Shown: positions 1-10,445 of the stretch, piece after piece
Layout of the letters: each line of letters starts with the position of its first letter
Position numbering within the stretch: the stretch's first letter is position 1
DNA from: Octopus vulgaris
Taxonomy: Eukaryota
Direction of reading: 5' to 3'
Assembly: GCA_951406725.2 (NCBI GenBank)
Contig: OX597821.1
Location: 58,838,001 to 58,902,000 of the forward strand
Length of the DNA: 64,000 nucleotides
The notes under the pieces: generated by a model
The model's input: the letters and a program-made list of their open reading frames with translations, nothing else
Databases searched by the model: none
What the model was told of the DNA's origin: nothing
Translations under genes and position numbers: made by a program

Positions 1-1009
1 CTACATGTACATATACACGCATATATGAGTACAGGACACCAAAAGGACGTCGAACACAATGAGAAACGAAAACATAGACACAAACCAAAGGAACTGGACA
101 TTTTTTTAAAAACAGCAAAAAAATAGAGTACAGGTCAATTAACACAAAGAACAAACCCCTTCTTCAGTCTCTAAAGGTTTCATCTACTCTACATTTCGAA
201 GGATAAAAGCGAGACGTATCTTCGACAAGAAAACTTTCATTCCTGCGAAAAGCAAATCAATTAAAATTCTGAGATCTTTTCGCAGAGGGGTAAAAATGGT
301 AACAACAGTACAAATTGTAAACAGTAAAAGACAGGACAAGAAAAAAACAAGATAAGAAGGGCTGTTAACGCTGAACGAAAAAAAGTATTGCAAACGCAGA
401 ATTTTTTATGGACGATGAGCGGAGCTAAAAGAATTGTCGTCCATTACTTTGAGAGAGCCAGGGGAGAGAGACCAGCAGCGGAAGTGACGTCGCGGGTGAA
501 CGACGGGAAGGCAGAAGTCACGTCGGGGGTGAATGACGGGAAGGGGGGGAGGAGGAGCAAGAGAAAGGGAGGGAAGAAGGGGAATGGCTGCGAGGAAACC
601 AAAAAGAATGGAGAGGGAGAGAGAGAGAGAGTGAAGAATGGGAGAGAGGAAGAGACAAGTTAAGTAGAGGAAAAGGAAATCAAAGAATGAAGGCTGAGAA
701 AGGGATGGGACAGAAAGGTTAAGAGTGCGCGTCAGAGTTAATATCAAGAACAAAACTTGATATAAAGAACAATCTTGCTTAAGGGGGTGCGTGCGTTGTC
801 ATATAATATATTAATAAATAAAATAAAACATATGCATATATATAAACATATATGTATGTACCTACCTCTACATGTACATATACACGCATATATGAGTACA
901 GGACACCAAAAGGACGTCAAACACAATGAGAAACGAAAACATAGATACAAACCAAAGGAACTGGACATTTTTTTAAAAACAGCAAAAAAGTAGAGTACAG
1001 GACAATTAA
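1..1009 (-). mobile_element. Penelope-like element 3' region in partial-tandem (pLTR-like) arrangement
   Basis: 1-142 is a near-identical direct repeat of 868-1009. The minus strand is pyrimidine-rich, carries a CTGAAGA/GAAA hammerhead-like motif at 156-202 and resembles 49730-50050. Confidence 0.5.
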
Positions 1010-1237
1010 TTGTTGTATTTTGGTATGGTCGTTTTTATATATTCGTTCTTCACTCATTTATTACTGTTTTTATTTTAACTCATGTCCATTGTCCAGAATT
1101 CTTTCGTCACACATCTGTGACCTCTTTAGCAACACTTTTCATATGTGCTCTTGATCCACTTACTCCATTCTGTTCTTCTCTCTCTCTATATATATATATC
1201 ATATAAATCTACATGTGTATGAATATAATATACATAC

Positions 1238-1276
<39 letters not shown>

Positions 1277-1278
1277 CA

Positions 1279-3414
1279 TAAAGCAATTAGAAGTATGAAG
1301 ACAGAGAAAGCCCCAGGCCCATCAGGAATTACTGCAGAGATGCTCAAAATATCTGGCAGTGTTGACTATAGCCTAGTCACCCGTATAGTTAACCAGGTGA
1401 TACACGAAGGAGTCATACCCAATGACTGGTGTTGTAGCATAATAGTTAACTGCTACAAAGGTAAAGATGACACTTTAGATACAAATAATTACAGAGGTAT
1501 CAAGCTGTTGGGTCAGGTAATGAAGGTTACAGAGAGGGTCATAGCCCAACTGATTAGGGAGAGAGTCAGCTTGGATGAGATGCAGTTTGTTTCATGCCAG
1601 TGAAAAGCACCAGAGACGCCATATTTCTGGTAAGATAGCTGCAGGAGAAATACCTAGCCAAAAATAAGCCCCTGTACCTGGCTTTCGTTGACATTGAGAA
1701 AGCCTTTGATAGGGTCCTCCGATCCCTTATCTGGTGGTCAATGAGGAAACTAGGGATAGATGAATGGTTAGTGAGAGCTGTGCAAGCCATGTACAGGGAT
1801 GCTGTAAGTAAGGTGAGGGTTGGCAACGAGTACAGTGAAGAATTCTGGGTAGAGGTAGGGGTCCACCAAGGTTCAGTCCTCAGCCCCCTCCTATTTATCA
1901 TAGTCCTCCAGGTAATAACGGAGGAATTCAAGACAGGATGCCCCTGGGAGCTCCTCTTTGCCGATGACCTTGCTCTAATTGCTGAGTCACTATCAGAACT
2001 AGAGGTGAAGTTTCAAGTGTGAAAACAAGGATTAGAATCGAAGGGCCTTAGAATCAACCTAGCTAAAACCAAAGTCCTAATAAGTAGGAAGGCAGGCAAA
2101 CCACAAATCCCTTCAGGTAGATGGCCCTGGTCGATCTGTAGTAGAGGCGTAGGTAGAGACTCTATAAGATGTACCCAGTGTAGGCTATAGACACATAAGA
2201 GGTGCAGTAATATCAAAGGAAGGCTAACTGGGAAGATAGTTTTTGTATGTGGCAGATGTTTGGGAGCAATAAACACTGAAAATGCGCAGAGAACAACTTC
2301 CGCCACATTCCAGGGAAAAAAACTAGAAGTAGTTGATAGCTTCCATTACCTAGGTGACCAAGTCAGTAGCAGAGGAGGGTGTGCTGAGAGTGTAGCTGCT
2401 AGAATAAGAATAGCTAGGGCAAAGTTCAGAGAGCTCTTACCTCTGCTGGTTACAAAGGGCTTCTCGCTCAGAGTAAAAGGTAGACTGTATGACGCTTGTG
2501 TACGAACAGCCATGCTACATGGCAGTGAAACATGGGCTGTGACTGCTGAGGACATGAAGCCAGTATGATCCGATGGATGTGTAATGTCAGTGTGCATACT
2601 CAACAGAGTGTAAGTACCTTGAGAGAAAAGTTGGACCTAAGAAGCATTAGATGTGGTGTGCAAGAGAGACAACTGCGCTGGTATGGGCATGTGGCAAGAA
2701 TGGATGAGGATAGCTGTGTGAAAAAGTGCCACACCCTAGTGGTTGATGGAACCTGTGGAAGAGGCAGACCCAGGAAGACCTGGGATGAAGTTGTGAAGCA
2801 CAACCTTCGATCATTAGGCCTCACCAAGAAAATGACTAGTGACCGAGATTTTTGGAAATATGCTGTGCTTGAGAAAACCCGGCAAGCCAAATGAGACCAT
2901 AACCTGTGGCCTATGCCAGGAGCATAACCAGCCCACTTATGCGTACCTTTTCCTTCTTTGGTCACTAAACTCTGTTTGCGAAGACCTGTTGAGGCAAGTG
3001 AAATCAAAATCAAATTCGATGACAGGTGTCTGTGCTAGCAGGGTGCAAAGAGCACCATACGAGTGTGATCATTGATAGAGCAGCTAACCGGCTTCCATGC
3101 TAGTGGCACATAAAAGGACATCATTCAAGTGTGATCATTGCCAGTGTCGCCTTACTGGCACCTGTGCTGGTGGCATGTGTAAAAAGATTCGAGCGAGGTC
3201 ATTGCCAGTACCACCTGACTGGCCCCGTGCCGGTGGCACATAAAAAGCACCCACTACTCTCTCGGAGTGGTTGGCGTTAGGAAGGGCATCCAGCTGTAGA
3301 AACTCTGCCAGATCAAGATTGGAGCCTGGTGCAGCCATCTGGTTTGCCAGCCCTCAGTCAAAATCATCCAACCCATGCTAGCATGGAGAGTGGACGTAAA
3401 ACGATGATGATGAT
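1279..3414 (+). mobile_element. RTE/BovB-clade LINE, 5'-truncated, ORF disrupted
   Basis: RT fragments KAPGPSG, NYRGIKLL, FVDIEKAFD, GVHQGSVLSPLLF, LFADDL; C-terminal LRWYGHV and GRGRPRKTW; stops and frameshifts; 3' UTR ends in (GAT)n. Confidence 0.93.
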
Positions 3415-3444
3415 ATGTTTGTGAATATATGTATATGTATATGC

Positions 3445-3525
<81 letters not shown>

Positions 3526-3875
3526 TAGATAAATACATAGATAAATGTACATGTATATATGTATGTATGTATGCATGCATACCCATATATTATTTACGTA
3601 TATATGTGTATATGAATATATATAGATAGATAAATGTACATGTATATATGTATATATATATATATATACATACATGCATACATGCCCATATATTATTTAC
3701 GTATATATGTGTGTATGAAACATGTATGTATATATATATTATATATATATATAGAGAGAGAGATAGATAGATAGATAAATAGATAAATGTACATGTATAT
3801 ATGTATGTATGTATATACATACATACATGCATGCATGCCCATATATTATTTATGTATATTTGTGTGTATGAATAC

Positions 3876-3921
<46 letters not shown>
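3415..3921. repeat. Compound (TA)n/(TATG)n microsatellite with internally duplicated ~120-bp units
   Basis: Directly visible; the unit gataaatgtacatgtatatatg...gcatgcatacccatatattattt recurs three times. Confidence 0.9.
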
Positions 3922-3923
<2 letters not shown>

Positions 3924-4515
3924 TGAAAATACTTTATTGCTTAGTCAGAGAAGCAGAGAGGAAAGACCAGAGCTTATGATCCTCAGCAAGTCCTCTGAGA
4001 CTGATGAAATGGAAGTAAGAGATGAAATTAATCTCAAACCAAAGACCTAGTCCAAATGGGGAGAGGCCAGACTTTCTGATAAACTAGAACCAAAATTGGC
4101 AGAAAAGCAGCATCAACACAAAACTAGAATAAGTGCTTTCAAGCAATCACTTAACCAGAATTGTCACTCTTATTTTAGTTTCTATAGTTACAGGCAACAT
4201 TGCTCTGCCAACAAGTCTGCAGCAAGTCTTTCCATTATAAAATTGATGGTCTCACAAGACTTACGGATGTGTCCAAAAAAAAAAAAAAAAAACATCCATC
4301 CATCCATCCATCCATCCATTCATCCATTCATCCATTCATTCATTCATTCATTCATTCATATATCTTCTCTAACTGTTATTCCTGAGAAGGTCAGTGGGGG
4401 TAGAGTTCTCTGGCATTTCCTGCATAGGGTCTTATCAGAAGCAATTATAAGACTTTTCCGCTGGATTCCCAAGCATGACCAACTGAAACTGCAGATATTA
4501 ATCAACCATATCGTT

Positions 4516-4550
<35 letters not shown>

Positions 4551-4552
<2 letters not shown>

Positions 4553-5056
4553 TATAAGTTAGAGGTGTTTAAAACCTCTAAGGGATGGTTAACTCCAAAG
4601 GCATTCCTAGTGATTACCTGCGTAGGTACAGTCCTTGGTAAAAGGTATACGGTAGCAGGTAATTCAGCAGGTAAACCATGGTTTAAATTATGTGTAAGAA
4701 GAAAATGGAGGAAAAATAAAAGGAAGAAGTTAGTCGTTTGTGCTAGTAAGCCATTAATTTAATTAATTAATAAAGAAGAGTGGTAGGTACATTGGTAACG
4801 AGAATAAAGACAAAGAATGGGGAGTCTTACATTATAGTAGATATCTTAGTCTTTATTCTCCTTACCAATGTATTCCTATGTCTTTCGCTCTTCTTACCTC
4901 TACATATGACTCTGCATTATGATGATGTCTACCACTACAACTGGTAAACAGAAATGATCGTAAATGTACTATTACTAGCACTTTGCTTTATTAATTAATG
5001 GCTTACTAGTGCAAATGACCAACTTCTTCCTGTTATTTTTCCTCCTTTTTCTTTTT
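4551..5056 (+). mobile_element. Penelope-like fold-back module with degenerate hammerhead
   Basis: Inverted arms ~4697-4775 and ~4986-5056, nested hairpin ~4785-4878, hammerhead-like motif 4914-4967; flanked by (TA)n/(CA)n. Confidence 0.55.
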
Positions 5057-5109
5057 ACACACACACACATACACACACATATATATATATATACATATAT
5101 ATATACATA

Positions 5110-5757
5110 TCATCATCATCATAATCATCCTCATCATCATAATCATCCTCATCATCCTTTAGCGTCCACTTTCTATGCTGGCATGGGTTGGACAGTTTGA
5201 TTGAAAACTGGTAAGCCGGTAGAGCAAGGGCTGCACCAGGTTCTGATCTGATTTGGTGAGGTGTCTATGGCCAGGTGCCCTTCCTAACACCAACCTTTCT
5301 GAGAGTTGTAGTGGGTTTTTTTCATGTGCCACTGGCATAGATTCCACTGACCTGACACCAGCATCATCCATCACTCCAGTCTCATTTCGCTTGACAGGTC
5401 TACACAAATATATATATATATCATCATCATCATCATCTAGTGTTTTAAATCTGGGTTTTGTCCCCATTAACGGGGGTGGCTGGATCTACCTCAATGCTAT
5501 AGTAACTGCCCTCACACTATCTTTTGGGTGTTCTCCTTTTTCAAACCAGCCCCTTCCAATCTCCTCCTCCACCTGTCCCCTCAACTTTTTCCTCGGTCTA
5601 CCTCACTTTCACGCTCCATTTACCTCAAACACAATCACTGTCCTCAGAACATGCTCTTCATCACTCCTCAACACATGCCCATTCCACCTCACACCATTCG
5701 CCCTTTCCAACCATTCCAACGATTCCTCCAACCCCAGCACTCCCATCAAATCCTCAT
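5110..5757 (-). mobile_element. Two old RTE 3' fragments
   Basis: (GAT)n tails and RTE 3' UTR motif; the minus strand of 5420-5757 encodes VRWNGHVLR...GRPRKK. Confidence 0.75.
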
Positions 5758-5829
5758 ACATATATTCTTTTATTCTCTTTTACTCTTTTCTTTGTTTCAG
5801 TCATTTGACTGTAGCCATGCTGGAGCACC

Positions 5830-6477
5830 ATGCTGGTTTTCTGAAGTTAGAATTGCAAACCATAAGATCATTTGCATCACAGAACTCCAGCAGCCTGGTT
5901 CCCGCCTCATTGTGGGAACCAAAACTGTACACCATATACACCATGGGAGCCCCCTGCATGTTGTCCAACATGTCCATTGAAGTCACCAGCCGCAAAGAGA
6001 AGGTCCCTGTCATTTGTCAACGAGGTAGTCTGCAAGAGGGTATCATAAAATCAATCTTTCTGTTCATCAGGTAGCCCTGGTTGAGGGGCATAGGGCGAGA
6101 TAATGGTTGCTAACCCATGATGAAACACTAATCTTAAGTATTCTGTCGCATACTCTGACTACCTCGATTACGTTATCAACCCATTTCTCCACAAGAAGTA
6201 TACCCACGCCCCCGACCCCGTCAGTATTCCCTGCCCAGAAAATCTTGTACCTGTGTTCTTTGCCTGTGAGGAACCTAGTGGAACCTCCTCTCCACCTTAC
6301 TTCTTGGAGGCAGCATAAATCGACACATCTCTGTTCAAGCATCTCAACAATCTCACCAGATCTACATTTCAGTGTGTCGACGTTGAGTGTGCCAACTCTA
6401 AGGGTGTGGGAGGTGTGGGTCCATGAGACCCTGGGATGGGGGACAACACTTTTTAGGTACTTCAATTGAGGCACCAA
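5830..6477 (-). pseudogene. RTE LINE 5' fragment, AP-endonuclease domain
   Basis: VGTLNVDTL, LCCLQEVRW, GVGGVGILL, AGDFNGHVG, GTRLLEFC...LMVCNSNFRK; frameshifted. Confidence 0.88.
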
Positions 6478-6479
6478 GG

Positions 6480-6740
6480 GCGTTCAGTAAAGTCCATGCG
6501 GCTCAAAGTTAGGTGAATAAAAAGCAAATAAGTAACAAGAATGTCCAGGCATTGGTGATTATGGCTGTTTCAAGTGGCTCCATTTAATCGATCAATGAAA
6601 ACAATACATCAATATGAAATAAAACACTCTCCTCGGACACAGCCAAGTATATAGATTTCCAACATAAAGAATAAACCATTTTTTAGTGCTAGCAAACAAA
6701 ATAAATAAATTGTTACTCTTTGGTATGTCCATGGTAGAAT
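6480..6740 (-). mobile_element. Probable Penelope-like pLTR fragment with hammerhead-like motif
   Basis: Minus strand reads CCGAGGA-gagtg...cactt-GAAA-cagcca-TA at 6555-6640; abuts (TA)n. Confidence 0.4.
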
Positions 6741-6744
6741 ATAC

Positions 6745-6795
<51 letters not shown>

Positions 6796-6809
6796 GACAT
6801 ATATTAAAT

Positions 6810-6842
<33 letters not shown>

Positions 6843-6852
6843 CATATACTAA

Positions 6853-6887
<35 letters not shown>

Positions 6888-6952
6888 TATATTAAATATA
6901 TATATACATATATTACATATATATATGTTTGTATATATATATGCATATATAT

Positions 6953-8287
6953 ATCATCAAGGTATTTGAGAGGGTGGTGAGATCTCGAATAACCCAATTT
7001 CTGGAAAGCAACAGACGGCTGATCTCCAACCAACATGGTTTCCGTAATGGAAGGGACTGCCTAACGCAGCTCCTGCATCACTTTGAGGACATTTTGAGAG
7101 CTTTGGGAGAGACTTCCAACACCGATGTCATCTACCTTGATTTCAGTAAGGCCTTCGACAGGGTCGATCACAAGATCCTATTGAAAAAACTATCCAACAT
7201 TGGTGTCTCTGGAAAGTTACTGAAATGGATTAAGTGTTTCCTGACAGACAGATCTCAACATGTTGTAGTTGAAGGGGTAAAATCAAGCCCAGCCAAAGTC
7301 AGTAGTGGCGTTCCGCAAGGCACTGTGCTGGGCCCACTTCTTTTCATCATTTACATTAATGACATTAATGACATCATCAAGCACAGCAACATAAAAATCT
7401 TTGCAGATGACTCCAAGCTACAGAAGGTCATAAATGAGGCGAGTGACCGGACATGCCTTCAGTCAGATCTACTGGCTGTTATCCAATGGGCAGAAAAAAA
7501 CAATATGCTGCTGAACGAGGATAAATTTGAGCTAATCCACTTTGGAAAAGAGGATGCCCTGAAACTCCCATACTCCCTTCCTTCAGGTGAAACTCTCGCG
7601 GCGTCCAACAACATCAGAGACTTGGGAGTAATTGTGGACAACAACGTAAGCTGGGCCACTCATATAAACACCAAAGTTGACATGGCCCGCAGAATGTGTT
7701 CCTGGATTCTCAGAACTTTCCAGTCGAGAGATATCCACACCATTATCCTTCTCTTCTCCACTTTTGCCCGACCCCACCTTGAATACTGTTGTCCACTGTG
7801 GTCTCCCCACACAATACAAGGTATCATAAAAGTTGAAGCACCTCAAAGGGCAATCACAAAAAAGATAGATGGCATGACAGGCCTCGACTATTGGGGTCGA
7901 CTAGAAAAGCTAAAACTCTATTCTCTCCAACGTCGTCGTGAGCGCTACATCATCTGCATGATGTGGAAAATATTCCATCAGCATTGCCCAAATGATGTTG
8001 GCATCAACTTTAAGGTACATCCAAGGCTTGGGCCCCGTGCCATCCGCCCAAAACAAAAATCGCACTCTCATCTCATAACAACAATACGGCACAATTATTT
8101 CACCTCAATTGGCCCCGCTCTCTTTAACATTACACCAAAACACATTAAAACAGAAACTGACCCTATAGGGTTCAAGAAGTCTTTGGACAGATTCCTTCAA
8201 GAAATCCTGGATAAACCCCCTACACCCGGATATGTCTCTGTAAACAATAACTCTCTACTTGAGTGGGCCATAGTGCCAAAATTCTGA
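6953..8287 (+). CDS. CR1-type ORF2 C-terminal part (reverse transcriptase), ~444 codons, no native start
   Basis: [61 protein letters not shown]; no stop until 8287. The listed ATG lies in the microsatellite. Confidence 0.85.
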   Translation: MIKVFERVVRSRITQFLESNRRLISNQHGFRNGRDCLTQLLHHFEDILRALGETSNTDVIYLDFSKAFDRVDHKILLKKLSNIGVSGKLLKWIKCFLTDRSQHVVVEGVKSSPAKVSSGVPQGTVLGPLLFIIYINDINDIIKHSNIKIFADDSKLQKVINEASDRTCLQSDLLAVIQWAEKNNMLLNEDKFELIHFGKEDALKLPYSLPSGETLAASNNIRDLGVIVDNNVSWATHINTKVDMARRMCSWILRTFQSRDIHTIILLFSTFARPHLEYCCPLWSPHTIQGIIKVEAPQRAITKKIDGMTGLDYWGRLEKLKLYSLQRRRERYIICMMWKIFHQHCPNDVGINFKVHPRLGPRAIRPKQKSHSHLITTIRHNYFTSIGPALFNITPKHIKTETDPIGFKKSLDRFLQEILDKPPTPGYVSVNNNSLLEWAIVPKF

Positions 8288-8380
8288 CTTGAAAGACTTC
8301 ACCAGGTGGTGCTATTAAGTTAGACATGGCCTGGGCCAATAATGGCCGAAACCTATCAAAGTATCAAAGTATCAAAGTAT
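6953..8380 (+). mobile_element. CR1-group LINE, 5'-truncated, inserted in (TA)n
   Basis: Uninterrupted RT ORF, short 3' UTR with hairpin ggccaataatggcc, tail (TATCAAAG)x3. Confidence 0.92.
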
Positions 8381-8421
8381 ATATACAAATATATATATGT
8401 ATGTAAATATATATATATGTA

Positions 8422-9360
8422 TGATGGATGTGTAATGCCTGTACTCACACTCGGCAGAGTGTAAGTACCTTGAGAGAAAAGCTGGACCTAAGAAGCATCA
8501 GTTGTGGTGTGCAAGAGAGACGTTTGCGCTGGTATGGTCATGTGGCGAGAATGGATGAAGATAGTTGGGTGAAAAAGTGCCACACCCTAGCGGTTGAGGG
8601 AACCTGTGGAAGAGGCAGACCCAGGAAAACCTGGGACAAGGTGGTGAAGCACGACCTTCGAACTTTAGGTCTCACTGAGGAAATGACTAGAGACCGAGAC
8701 CTCTGGAAGTGTGCTGTGCGCGAGAAGACCCGGCAGGACAAGTGAGTCCATAACCCGTGGCCTTCTACATGGGATGGAGCCAGCCTACGTATGCATACCT
8801 TCCCTTCTTGGGACACAAAACTCTACTTGTGAAGACGTGTTGAGGCAAGTGAGGATCAGAATCGAAATCGATCAATGGAAATTGCGGATGTGCTACCAGT
8901 GCCGGTGGCATGTCGAAACTCTGCTTGTGAAGACCCGTTGAGGCAAGTGAGGATCAGAATCGAAATCGATCAATGGAAATCGATCAATGGAAATTGCAGA
9001 TGTGTTACCAGTGCCGGTGGCATGTAAGAGAACTTTCCGTTTCGCGACCGTTGCCAGCACCGCCCCGTTTCGTGTCCGTTGCCAGCCTCGCCTGGCCCTC
9101 GTGCCGGTGGCACATAAAAAGCACCATCCGTTCGTGGCCGTTTGCCAGCTCTGTCTGGCACCAGTGCGGGTGGCACGTAAAAAGCACCCACTACACTCAC
9201 GAAGTGGTTGGCGTTAGGAAGGGCATCCAGCCGTAGAAACACTGCCAGATTTGACTGGGCCTGATGAAGCCTTCTGGCTTCACAGACCCCAGTAGAACCG
9301 TCCAACCCATGCTAGCATGGAAAACGGACGCTAAACGATGATGATGATGATGATGATGAT
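8422..9360 (+). mobile_element. RTE/BovB 3' fragment (CpG-retaining, younger subfamily)
   Basis: LRWYGHVARM...GRGRPRKTW, 3' UTR hairpin modules, internal ~100-bp tandem duplication (~8816-9025), (GAT)n tail. Confidence 0.9.
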
Positions 9361-9705
<345 letters not shown>

Positions 9706-9707
9706 AT

Positions 9708-10020
9708 TAAGGCAGCGAGCTAACAGAGTCATTAGTATACCAGACAAAATGCTTAGCGGCATTTTATCTGTCTTATGTTCTGAGTTCAAATTCTGCCATG
9801 GTCGACTTTGTCTTTCATCCTTAGCAGTATTTCGTCTGCTTGGCAGTACTTCGTCTGCAGCTATGTTCTGAATTCAAATTCCACTGGAGTCGACTTTGCC
9901 TTTCATCCTTTCAGAGTTGATTAAATAAGTACCGGTTATGCACTGGGGTAATCAACTTAATCCCGTCCCCCAAATTTGAGGCCTTGTGCTTCCAGTAGAA
10001 AGGATTATTATTATTATTAT
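9708..10020 (+). mobile_element. tRNA-derived SINE family A (aaggcggcgagctggcag head), internally duplicated, (ATT)n tail type
   Basis: B-box-like gagttcaaattc, core gtcgactttgcctttcatcc, tail gtagaaaggattattatt. Confidence 0.8.
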
Positions 10021-10029
10021 AAACTGTAA

Positions 10030-10378
10030 AAATTAATACAGAGAGTTGCTTATTTGTAAAAAAATATAACATGTGACTTCATTGACCGAGGTTACCGTGG
10101 TCTTTTCCGTAGGCTTTTCTTTCCACGGGTAAACCTCACCTGTCCTCCCCTTTACACTTTATATTGACATTTCTGTGATAATGATCCCTATTGATCGATT
10201 TTTTTCTTTTTCCTTTTATTCCCCCCCACCCTTTTTTTTTTGCTTTCCTTTTTCTTTCCTTTTACGATCCCTTTTGATCGAAAACCAAACCCCTTTTTTT
10301 TATCCCTAAAAAGAAAAGCTCTACCTTGTAACTTGTCCCGTCTGTGTGCAGCCCTGTGTGGCTAATAAAAAAACATAT
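10030..10378 (+). mobile_element. L1/Tx1-like retroposon 3' end
   Basis: T-rich 3' UTR ending gtcccgtctgtgtgcagccctgtgtggctaataaaaaaa; same tail motif at ~18985-19030 and ~45745-45789. Confidence 0.55.
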
Positions 10379-10401
10379 TATTATTATTATTATCATCATC
10401 A

Positions 10402-10445
<44 letters not shown>

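Noticed and set aside
5253-6074. 273-aa plus-strand ORF
   Set aside because: Antisense read-through across three unrelated repeat fragments.
8303-8354. ggccaataatggcc-GAAA in the CR1 3' UTR as a hammerhead
   Set aside because: No CUGANGA box; better explained as the LINE 3' recognition hairpin.
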